From assembly GCA_913045205.1 (NCBI GenBank), contig CAJWQF010000004.1:3704-67703 (forward strand): a stretch of 64,000 nucleotides of DNA, read 5' to 3'. A model generated the notes under the pieces. That model searched no databases. It was not told the origin of the DNA and saw only the letters and a program-made list of their open reading frames with translations. A program made the position numbers and the translations under genes. Shown here in pieces: positions 26,503-35,055 of this stretch. Position 1 is the stretch's first letter, and each line of letters begins with the position of its first letter. This DNA is from an uncultured Gammaproteobacteria bacterium (GTDB lineage Bacteria; Pseudomonadota; Gammaproteobacteria; Pseudomonadales; Azotimanducaceae).

Positions 26503-29004
26503 TTACTGAAGAAGTTGAAGAACTAGCTGAGATGAAGCGTTAGCCTGAGCCAACATTCCAACCCCAGCCTGCTTTAGTACCTGAGCCTTAGCTAACTTTG
26601 CTGATTCTGAAGCGAAGTCCGCATCCTGAATCCGAGATCTTGCGGATTCTGTTTGCTCAGCGACGTTCATCAGGTTGTTAACCGTATGATCCAGCCTATT
26701 CTCAATCGCACCAAGATCCGACCGCATGCTTGAGATTTTCTCAATAGCGCCGTCCAGGGTAGCGATTGCGAGAGACGCGCCGGACTGACTTCTCAGATCG
26801 ATGTTCGATACTGTGTTCAGGCTAGAAGCTTGAGTCGTGAAGTAGTTGTCATTGCTGCCGACTGCTTCCTCAGTTCCAGACTGAGTGACGGAGAAGATCT
26901 TGCTCGACTTCAGGCTTATCGTGCCTTGCACTGTTGCTGTGTCGTCACCCGCCGCAGCGGCTAAGGCTAAGTCTTTTGAGTCAGCGTCACCAGTAGTTGT
27001 GCTACCAGTCTCTGCAGCAACCGTCGCCGTCGCCGAAGTTGCGATATCGAAGTCGCCGAACTCTCGAGCGCCTTTATAGGTCACCGTATCCGACGTGCCA
27101 GCAATGCCCACAAAGAAACTACCGACGGACGCGCCAGCTACGCCGGTCGCGGTCGCAAATACGTCTACCGCGGTAACAGTTTTAAAGGCATTTATCGTAT
27201 TGCCTAGGGCTCCAGTACCACCAGCTATAGTTTCTGAAATCGTGCTTCCATCACGGTTTGTGCCCGTAATTGTAAAGCTGTTTGCTGATTCATCAGAATT
27301 CGTGAAAACCGAAACTTTTTGTGCTTCGACCATTGTGTACACCTGGCCGGAAGCGGAGCCGATAGCTGCACTGGCAAATGTACCGTTAAGGGTTATATCA
27401 CCATTAGCGTCTGCGGTTACTGCGGTTGCGATTGCATCACTGTCCACGCCATCGGTCCCCGCAGCGGTTGTCACTAAGATACCTGTGCCTTCCACACCGA
27501 CCTTGTGGTTTGCGTGATTTTGATCAGAGATATCGGTATTAAGGGTCGCATCGCTGTAGATGTTGAAATCACCGAAGAGTTGATCGCCAACAAACTGAAC
27601 ATCACCGCCGGCCAGGGAAACAGTGATATCGCCTCGTTCGGTCAGGTTCTTACCCTCTCCGTCGAAGTCCCCACCGAATCGAACAGCGTTGGTAAGAGCG
27701 TCTTGCCATTCAGCTGCAGTATTGCCATTGCTCACACTTAGCTTGAATGCGTGCCCCGTAGACTCCTGCTTCAGGTAGTAGGTGCCTGTTGAGAAACTTG
27801 CAGCTGTCGCGCTAGTGACTCGAATCCCTGCTGTTCCCTGATCAGTGCCAAGCGCATTGTTTATCAGGGTGGAGTACTCGTGCTGATTGTGAGTGGAGCC
27901 TGTAGCAAAAGACGTGTTTACGCCTGTCGACGCATTTCGAACGAAAAACGTGCCGGTGGCAAGAACACCGTCGGTTTTAATCGCGTTTACAGAAACCTGG
28001 TCTTGCGCGGTTATACCGTCATGCTTGATGGTCTTGACCCTCAAGTTCGTCAGTGCCTTTTCGTTCTCGATAGTCATGTCCGAGCCGTCGCTGCTATACA
28101 AACGTACTTTGTTGTCGGAAGTAGAAGAAGCGGTAACGCCTGTGGAGCCAGAGATCGCGTTGATCTTATCGATAGCATCGGAAACGCTGGTGCTACTGAT
28201 GACAAAGTCGCCGGTAGTGACGTTATTTATCTTTAAACTATAAGTCTGATCAGCGGCGTACTCGTTGTAGAGAACGGCGTACGTTTTGGCTGCCGCACTA
28301 ACACCAGTTTCGCCAGATACAGCGTTGATGTTTGCAGCGACGTTTTTCGCCGAATCGGCCAGCGACACACCTACCGTGCGTGAGACGCTATTCCCGTTAA
28401 TGATAAGATCGTCGGCGTCGTCAGTAGCATTGGTCTTAACGCCGTTTCCAGCGCCTCCCGTTGCAGCTATCACGTCGCCAGTAACTTCAAAAGCGCCCAG
28501 CGCGTTGGCAGAGGTGGATTCCAAGGTAATAGAAATTTCCTCACCTCCCTCTGTACCAACTTGAATCTGACGGTTCGTGAAGGAACCATCTAAGACCAAT
28601 TGATTATTGAAGCGTGTGTTGGAAGATACTCGGCTTATTTCTGCAACCAGAAGATTCACTTCTTCTTGAATAGCTGATCGGTCGATATCCGTATTGGTGT
28701 CGTTCGCGGCTTGTACAGAAAGCTCACGGAGTCGCTGCAGCATATCTGCAACTTCGACAAGCGCGCCTTCTACCGATTGAGTTAAGCTGATGCCGTCGTT
28801 GGCGTTTTTAACCGCCATGTTTAGACCGTTGACCTGAGCAGTCATGCGTTGAGCGATGGCAAGACCTGCAGCATCGTCAGACGCGCTGTTGATTTTGCTA
28901 CCAGTGGATAGTCGTTGCATAGCTTCGCCCTGAAGAGAGTCCGCATATGCAAGAGCCCGCTGAGCTGTCAAAGAGCTCACATTGGTGTTTACAACTAAAG
29001 ACAT
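26503..29004 (-). CDS. fliC: Giant flagellin, ~833 aa (fla4)
   Basis: MSLVVNTNVSSLTAQR after an AGGAG RBS; SRIQDADFASESAKLAKAQVLKQAG. Confidence 0.97.
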   Translation of the reverse strand: MSLVVNTNVSSLTAQRALAYADSLQGEAMQRLSTGSKINSASDDAAGLAIAQRMTAQVNGLNMAVKNANDGISLTQSVEGALVEVADMLQRLRELSVQAANDTNTDIDRSAIQEEVNLLVAEISRVSSNTRFNNQLVLDGSFTNRQIQVGTEGGEEISITLESTSANALGAFEVTGDVIAATGGAGNGVKTNATDDADDLIINGNSVSRTVGVSLADSAKNVAANINAVSGETGVSAAAKTYAVLYNEYAADQTYSLKINNVTTGDFVISSTSVSDAIDKINAISGSTGVTASSTSDNKVRLYSSDGSDMTIENEKALTNLRVKTIKHDGITAQDQVSVNAIKTDGVLATGTFFVRNASTGVNTSFATGSTHNQHEYSTLINNALGTDQGTAGIRVTSATAASFSTGTYYLKQESTGHAFKLSVSNGNTAAEWQDALTNAVRFGGDFDGEGKNLTERGDITVSLAGGDVQFVGDQLFGDFNIYSDATLNTDISDQNHANHKVGVEGTGILVTTAAGTDGVDSDAIATAVTADANGDITLNGTFASAAIGSASGQVYTMVEAQKVSVFTNSDESANSFTITGTNRDGSTISETIAGGTGALGNTINAFKTVTAVDVFATATGVAGASVGSFFVGIAGTSDTVTYKGAREFGDFDIATSATATVAAETGSTTTGDADSKDLALAAAAGDDTATVQGTISLKSSKIFSVTQSGTEEAVGSNDNYFTTQASSLNTVSNIDLRSQSGASLAIATLDGAIEKISSMRSDLGAIENRLDHTVNNLMNVAEQTESARSRIQDADFASESAKLAKAQVLKQAGVGMLAQANASSQLVLQLLQ

Positions 29005-29090
29005 AAGTCTTCTCCTATTTCTAAGTTTATGTGTTGCGTTTGCGAGGCTCTTGCGAACCAATCGCGAATCGCTTTATTGCGACAGAAACT

Positions 29091-29117
29091 TAGTCGGACT
29101 TCTGAATTTCTTCTTTA
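29091..29117 (-). promoter_or_regulatory. sigma28-type promoter of fla4
   Basis: TAAA-N15-TCCGACTA. Confidence 0.72.
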
Positions 29118-29663
29118 GGCGCCTCAAAAAAAGAAAAGATAATAATTGTTAGTCTTCGGCAAGGGGCTGCCGGAGAAGTAATCAACCTGCTCGAGAAGCG
29201 GCAACCAGTGGCCGAAAAGAGTCGAGAAACAGGGGTAAACAACGCAAAAGCGGCAAAGCGAAGGGCGCAATTTTTTTTCACTTTTTTTTCCGCGGGGAAA
29301 AACGGCACGCTTTAAAGCGGCAGGCGCGCGCCAGTTTTGTTTGGGTTGTTGCCGCTTATCGGCAGGACCTTGCCGATCTAACGGCACGCGTTCGGCGCGG
29401 TTTAATTGGTAGCGTGAGTTTGCGGCTTAAAATGGCAGTATCGCCGCGTGCAAAGTCGTAGAAACATGACCGCGTGGTTTTTTAAATGAGTCGTGCTTCG
29501 TATTGGTGGCAGGGAGCTACTAATGCCACCAGGTCTCAACTAGCATGGGGTCGCTATGTGGTACCGATATAGGGAGGGAGCGCTTAACGTTGCGCGCAGC
29601 GGCTAATTGATTGCGCGCTAACGGCTCGCAGATGCGTTGTTAATGACTAGCCGTGGGAGATTA

Positions 29664-29945
29664 TCAGTTGCTTGAGTCTGTTGGAGCTGGTTTGTCATAG
29701 GCATCATCAAACCTGCGGGCCAGCAATCGAGCGATAGCTTTTTTCTCTTGGCGATGCTCGTAGATACGCCACCCCAAGATCGCAATAAGACCGATAAAAA
29801 TGCCCTCAGCGGCAATTTCATGTAGCGGAATGTCGAAGCTGGTTTCTGTTTGGGTGCCCATAAGCACTACTAGCGGAATAGCAATGGCAAGAAACCAGCG
29901 TATTCGAACGCATACTTCACAGACGGGCTTTTCGGATTGGCTCAC
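29664..29945 (-). CDS. Small two-TM hypothetical protein with N-terminal CxxC
   Basis: CEVC followed by two hydrophobic segments; 35 bp downstream of fliD. Confidence 0.6.
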   Translation of the reverse strand: MSQSEKPVCEVCVRIRWFLAIAIPLVVLMGTQTETSFDIPLHEIAAEGIFIGLIAILGWRIYEHRQEKKAIARLLARRFDDAYDKPAPTDSSN

Positions 29946-29980
29946 ACTAAAACTCTCTATATCGCCGCAGGCGTAGAGTA

Positions 29981-31357
29981 TTAGTCCCGGTTAGAGAATG
30001 GAAGGTTCTCGAAGGTGCTCTCCATGCTGTCGCGTGTACTGTTCATCTGGTCGATAATTTGCTGCATCGCAAGGAATTGGCGGTTATAACGCTCTTCAAC
30101 CCGTTCCATCCGCGTCTCTAGCTCCGTTAGCTCGACTTGGCGTTCGGCGTTGGCATCACCCAAAACTTTCTGCTGAGTCACCAGGTAACCGTTACTGGAG
30201 GTCACGTTGTCTATGATTCGGTTGATATCGCCCGCTAGGCCAGCTGCTGCTGTGCTTGCTACCGACTGATCATCGGTGTCTGCCGAGAACATTTTTACGA
30301 CGTCAGAATAGTTATTCGAAAGAGCGTCATCGAGCTTTGTATCGTTGATCTCTAGCTCGCCGGTACGACTGACACTGATGCCCATGGCAGACAGGCTAGA
30401 GATGTTGGTGCCTGCAGAGGAGGACGTACCAAGAATAGTTGTGCGTAGGGTAGAGTTCAGAGAACGAAAAATACTATCGCCTGCAAGCTCGCCGCCAGTG
30501 CTGGAATTCGTCAGCTCCTTCAGTTGGCGCTGCGCTTCGTTATAAATAGTTGCGAAGTCTACGATGTTGGCGCGGGCCAGATTGTTGTCTTGGCTAATGT
30601 TTACGTTGGCAGCGCCCGTGGTCACCGTGTTTAGCGTCAGCGTTACGCCGGTTAGCACATCGTCAACCACGTTGCTGGAACGGGTGAAGTCGATGCCGTT
30701 TACATTGAGCTGGGCATCGCTCGCGCTCTGCACGCTCGAAAAGCTGATCGCACTATCGCTGGACGTTAATGAAAAGGCCTTTTCGGAGCCAGTGTCGCCG
30801 ATCAGCTGAATACGATAGCGGTTGGTAGAAGCACCCGTATCAACGATTTCCGCGGTGACGCCTAAGTTTGCGTTGTTGATTGCGGTAACAGTGCCTTGCA
30901 GGCTTGCGTCGGCAACAGTGATATCCGTTGTCGTTGTGCTGCTACTGCCGACCGTCAACGAAAGAGTAATGGAACCAGAGTTGAATTTATTGGTACTGGA
31001 CGCGAATGCGTTGGAAACGCTGCGCTGTTCCTGAGCGATTTGGCTTACCGTAATGTTGTTTGAGCCAGCGCGTGCCGATGTAGTCGATGTAGCAGTAAGC
31101 GCCGAGGTCTGACTGTTGCTTACCGCAAAAGTCTTAAAGTCCTTGGCATCGTTAAGGCGCAGTGCTGCATCCTTTACGACGTTAAGAATAGAGACCGCCT
31201 TGCCTAAGCCGGTGATTTTGGCTTCAGACTCTGCAATCTTGGAATTAATGCGGCTTTCTTGAGGAACCTTTTCTGCGTTCACTAAGGCTTCCACGATTTT
31301 TTTCGTGTCGAAGCCGGCTCCAGCGCCGAGGGCTTGTACGTAATCCATGCCAGCCAT
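29981..31357 (-). CDS. fliD: Flagellar filament cap FliD
   Basis: LGAGAGFDTKKIVEALVNAE, DAQLNVNGIDFTRSSNVVDDVLTGVTL, RYNRQFLAMQQII. Confidence 0.95.
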   Translation of the reverse strand: MAGMDYVQALGAGAGFDTKKIVEALVNAEKVPQESRINSKIAESEAKITGLGKAVSILNVVKDAALRLNDAKDFKTFAVSNSQTSALTATSTTSARAGSNNITVSQIAQEQRSVSNAFASSTNKFNSGSITLSLTVGSSSTTTTDITVADASLQGTVTAINNANLGVTAEIVDTGASTNRYRIQLIGDTGSEKAFSLTSSDSAISFSSVQSASDAQLNVNGIDFTRSSNVVDDVLTGVTLTLNTVTTGAANVNISQDNNLARANIVDFATIYNEAQRQLKELTNSSTGGELAGDSIFRSLNSTLRTTILGTSSSAGTNISSLSAMGISVSRTGELEINDTKLDDALSNNYSDVVKMFSADTDDQSVASTAAAGLAGDINRIIDNVTSSNGYLVTQQKVLGDANAERQVELTELETRMERVEERYNRQFLAMQQIIDQMNSTRDSMESTFENLPFSNRD

Positions 31358-31410
31358 AAAGGGTCATCTTCGTTGTAAGAGACGTTGTAAAAAACTAGTT
31401 CTCGTCCATC

Positions 31411-31437
31411 AAATCGGTGCGTTTGAGCAAAACTTTA
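31411..31437 (-). promoter_or_regulatory. sigma28-type promoter of fliD
   Basis: TAAA-GTTTTGCTCAAACGC-ACCGATTT. Confidence 0.7.
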
Positions 31438-31603
31438 GCGGCACTGACATTTTAGGGAACGAGCATTAAAAGTTAGCAGCGACATATTGCGCTGCTGTGC
31501 TAATTAGTCAAATGCTAATGTTGTGCGGAGTCTTGGGAATACAATTCCCGGCCAACGCCAGCACAAGCTGTAGCACTCTCCTTATCCGTAGCATGAATCC
31601 TTT

Positions 31604-31620
31604 AGCAAAGACCGTGCCAA
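31604..31620 (-). promoter_or_regulatory. sigma54 -24/-12 promoter pointing to fliD
   Basis: TTGGCACGGTCTTTGCT. Confidence 0.75.
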
Positions 31621-31852
31621 GCTCAGATCGGAAATCTGAGCCAAAACAGACGGAAAATCCGGCCGATTATCGAAGTTTTGCCCAGATACCAACAGTTTCC
31701 ACCAGCTTTTGCCATCATGTTGCTAACACAGTCGGCAACGCGGTGCCGCGCACTGGGCAATTGGCAACCGTAAATGCATTAGCTCCGGGTAAAGTCGCCA
31801 AGCCATATGCGTTAGGCTAAAGTTGACAGATTAAAGGTGAATGGACCATTAA

Positions 31853-32968
31853 GTGTCGCAGCCAATTATCGGAGAAAGTGCATATACGAGGCAGCTATTG
31901 CAGCTGGTTCGATCTATTGCGCCCACTGCGGCAAGCGTGCTCATTAACGGCGAGAGCGGGGCGGGCAAGGAACTGGTAGCCAGAGCCATCCACGATCAGT
32001 CCGACCGTGCAGAACAAGCTTTTGTAGCAGTGAACTGCGGTGCGATTCCAGCCGAGTTGATTGAAAGCGAACTTTTCGGCCACAAGAAAGGAGCCTTCAC
32101 TGGTGCCATTGCCGATCATGTCGGCAAGGTTACAGCGGCACACGGCGGCACCCTGTTTCTGGATGAGATTGGCGACATGCCCATGTCCATGCAGGTCAAG
32201 CTGCTGCGGGTACTGCAGGAAAAAGTGGTGCTACCTGTGGGTTCAAATCAGCCCCAGAACGTCGATATCAGAGTCGTTGCCGCCACCCACCGTGTACTTG
32301 AGGATGAAATTACTGCCGGGCGCTTTCGCGCCGACCTGTATTACCGCCTAAACGTGGTGCCGCTGCAGGTAGAACCCCTGCGCAGCCGCCGCGATGAAGT
32401 GCCGGCACTTATTCGGCACTTTGCCGTCCATTTTGCCGCTGTCGACGCACCGGCAATTGCCTTTACTGACGGATTCCTGACGATCATGCAGCGCTACGAT
32501 TGGCCCGGCAATGTGCGCGAACTGTCGAACATGGTGCATCGGTTGTCCGTGCTTTACCCAGGCCAAACCCTGCACGTTAATCATGTTGCCCCGTCAATGC
32601 TGCCGGCGGGTATGGCCGAGTTAATTGACCACGAAACGGCGGCTAACGCCCCGGATGAACAGGGCTCGCTATTTGATCTAATGATGCAAGACGACACTGC
32701 GGCAGGTGAGACAGCCTCCAGCACCGGCGCATTAGAGGCCGAGAACGATGTCGAATCCATTATTATGCAGGCTCAGGGCTTTGAAGAATTTCGCCAGCGC
32801 GGGCAATCGCTAAAAGGCATGCTCAGTGAGATTGAGCAAGATCTGATTGAGCGCGCGCTGCGTGAATCCGATGGCAACGTTTCGCGCTGTGCCAAGCTGT
32901 TGCGCATGCAGCGCACCACGTTGATTGAACGTATCAAGAAATACAATTTGAAAATGGATGCGGCTTAA
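31853..32968 (+). CDS. fleQ: sigma54-dependent flagellar activator, FleQ/FlrA-like, lacking an N-terminal regulatory domain
   Basis: [26 protein letters not shown] ending [11 protein letters not shown] as in FleQ; the AAA+ domain starts within ~10 aa. Confidence 0.8.
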   Translation: MSQPIIGESAYTRQLLQLVRSIAPTAASVLINGESGAGKELVARAIHDQSDRAEQAFVAVNCGAIPAELIESELFGHKKGAFTGAIADHVGKVTAAHGGTLFLDEIGDMPMSMQVKLLRVLQEKVVLPVGSNQPQNVDIRVVAATHRVLEDEITAGRFRADLYYRLNVVPLQVEPLRSRRDEVPALIRHFAVHFAAVDAPAIAFTDGFLTIMQRYDWPGNVRELSNMVHRLSVLYPGQTLHVNHVAPSMLPAGMAELIDHETAANAPDEQGSLFDLMMQDDTAAGETASSTGALEAENDVESIIMQAQGFEEFRQRGQSLKGMLSEIEQDLIERALRESDGNVSRCAKLLRMQRTTLIERIKKYNLKMDAA

Positions 32969-33103
32969 ATGCTCTGACACCAACCCGCAATGGGGCTGTC
33001 AAAAATACGACAACCCTCGCCGGGCCACCGGCAACTCCTGGCATAGGAGTGGCAAAAATCCGCCATATTGCCGTAACTTGTTGTTTTAAAACACAATAAA
33101 ATC

Positions 33104-33119
33104 TGGCACAGCTTTTGCT
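33104..33119 (+). promoter_or_regulatory. sigma54 promoter of the activator-fliE operon
   Basis: TGGCACAGCTTTTGCT. Confidence 0.85.
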
Positions 33120-33149
33120 AACTAGTCTGCATCGATGTAACAACGTGAT

Positions 33150-34646
33150 GTGAAGACTATGTATCAAGAACACCCGATAGACCTCATTTGGGATGAATCC
33201 TCACCAATGGACGCCAACGTCATGGGTACTCTTACCCGTGCCGGTTTTCGCCCTCGATCCATGGGCGCTGCAGAAGTAGCCCAGTACGTTGAGAAAAATG
33301 GCTTCGGTCCCTGCGTGCTCTGCATGCACCGGCGCGAACTGCCCGACATTGAAATGATCCGCACGTTAAAGCAGCACTATGGGGCAAAAATTTACCTTGT
33401 ACTGCGGGTGGATCCAGCAGACTTAGAAAGCACCGTGGAAGCGATTAAGTGCGGTGTTGACGATGTTATCGCCGACGGCTCCGACCAGCAGGCCAAGTGG
33501 GAAAAAATCGCTGGCTTGGCCAAGCTTCGGTTACTCAAAAACGATTCCTATGTTTTTGTAGACGAGACCAGTCAGCACCTGCTGGCATTGGTCGAACGAG
33601 TTGGCGCGGCAGAGGTCACTGCGTTGATGTACGGACCTACGGGTTCGGGCAAGGAGGTCTTGGCCCGGTTAACTCATGACTTTTCACCGCGCCGAGATGG
33701 CCCCTTTGTGCCGGTGAACTGTGCAGCGTTACCCGAGGCCTTGGCCGAAAGCCTGCTCTTTGGTCACACCAAGGGTGCTTTTACCGGAGCGACACGAAGT
33801 ACCGAAGGGTTCTTTACCCAAGCCCAAGGCGGCACTCTGTTTTTAGACGAAATTGGTGAGCTAACCCTACCCTTGCAGGCGAAGTTACTGCGCGCTATTC
33901 AGGAAAAAGAAGTACTGCCGGTGGGCAGTTCGGAAACCCAGCGGGTAGACGTACGCATCGTGGCAGCCACCAACCGAGATTTACGCGCTGGCATTCGTGC
34001 CGGGTACTTTCGGGAAGACCTGTATTTCCGAGTCAGTACCTTCCGCATTAACGTGCCGGGCTTGTCCTCGCGTTTAGACGACATTTTACCGCTAGCCAAC
34101 TATTTCTTAGTCAAACATGGCCGTGAAGATCATGCGCTGCAGCTATCACCAGAAGCGGCAGCCAAGCTGCTGGCGTACAGCTGGCCGGGCAATGTTCGGG
34201 AGCTGGAAAATGTTGTGCAGCGCGCCATCGTGCTGAGCAACGATGGTGTGATCTCTGCCAACCACTTGGTTTTCGATGAGCCAGCAGACCATGAACTGTA
34301 TGCCCGTGAGCCCATGCACGCCGATAATGTGCATGCCTTTGAAGCCCCGCATTTGCAGCGCGAGCGCTGGCGCGACGCCCAAGGCGCGCCGACCAATCCG
34401 TTCACCGCACACCTTGGTGCACAAACCGGTTTTGATGAGCCAATCGAGGAGGCAGCAGACAATGCCTCGGGATTGCAGGGCGCAATGGACGCCAATGAAT
34501 TTCGCATCATTGTCGACACCATTAAAAATACTCGTACCCGTCAAGAGGCCGCAGACATGCTCGGCATTAGCCAGCGCACTCTGCGTTACAAAATTGCGCG
34601 TATGCGTGAGCGCGGTATTCCCATTCCAAAGCGACGGTCGGCTTAA
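33150..34646 (+). CDS. sigma54-dependent activator, FlrC/FleR/LafK-like, with degenerate receiver domain
   Basis: GPTGSGKE, GAFTGA, HTH LGISQRTLRYKIARMRERGI typical of FlrC/FleR; directly upstream of fliE. Confidence 0.88.
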   Translation: MKTMYQEHPIDLIWDESSPMDANVMGTLTRAGFRPRSMGAAEVAQYVEKNGFGPCVLCMHRRELPDIEMIRTLKQHYGAKIYLVLRVDPADLESTVEAIKCGVDDVIADGSDQQAKWEKIAGLAKLRLLKNDSYVFVDETSQHLLALVERVGAAEVTALMYGPTGSGKEVLARLTHDFSPRRDGPFVPVNCAALPEALAESLLFGHTKGAFTGATRSTEGFFTQAQGGTLFLDEIGELTLPLQAKLLRAIQEKEVLPVGSSETQRVDVRIVAATNRDLRAGIRAGYFREDLYFRVSTFRINVPGLSSRLDDILPLANYFLVKHGREDHALQLSPEAAAKLLAYSWPGNVRELENVVQRAIVLSNDGVISANHLVFDEPADHELYAREPMHADNVHAFEAPHLQRERWRDAQGAPTNPFTAHLGAQTGFDEPIEEAADNASGLQGAMDANEFRIIVDTIKNTRTRQEAADMLGISQRTLRYKIARMRERGIPIPKRRSA

Positions 34647-34649
34647 GTC

Positions 34650-35021
34650 ATGTCAGTTGTAAACACACATTATCAGTCACAGGTAGCAGACCTGCTAAGC
34701 CAAATCCGCGCGCATCAGGGAGAGCCCGCCAACCGCGCGGACATGATCAACAGCGACATCGGTGGTGTCGGTCAAACCGACGCGGTGCGTGAACCGAGCA
34801 AGGGCAACTTTGCCACCTACATGCGCGATGCGGTTCAGGATGTGAACGACGCACAGCAGTCTAGTGCCGATATGAAAAACGCTTACGAGCGCGGTGAAGA
34901 CATACCGCTTACTGACGTGGTGCTGTCAATGCAGAAAGCATCCATCGGTTTTGAAGCCACTTTGCAGGTTCGGAACAAACTTCTGAAAGCCTACGAAGAC
35001 ATAAGAAACATGCCGGTCTAA
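34650..35021 (+). CDS. fliE: FliE
   Basis: DVVLSMQKASIGFEATLQVRNKLLKAYEDIRNMPV. Confidence 0.96.
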   Translation: MSVVNTHYQSQVADLLSQIRAHQGEPANRADMINSDIGGVGQTDAVREPSKGNFATYMRDAVQDVNDAQQSSADMKNAYERGEDIPLTDVVLSMQKASIGFEATLQVRNKLLKAYEDIRNMPV

Positions 35022-35055
35022 CGACCGATAGCGATAGCGGACCAAAGAGAATCCC

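Noticed and set aside
31358-31368. fliD leader GAUGACCCU complementary to fla3 leader GGGGUCAUC
   Set aside because: 9 bp including a G-U pair; too short without other support.
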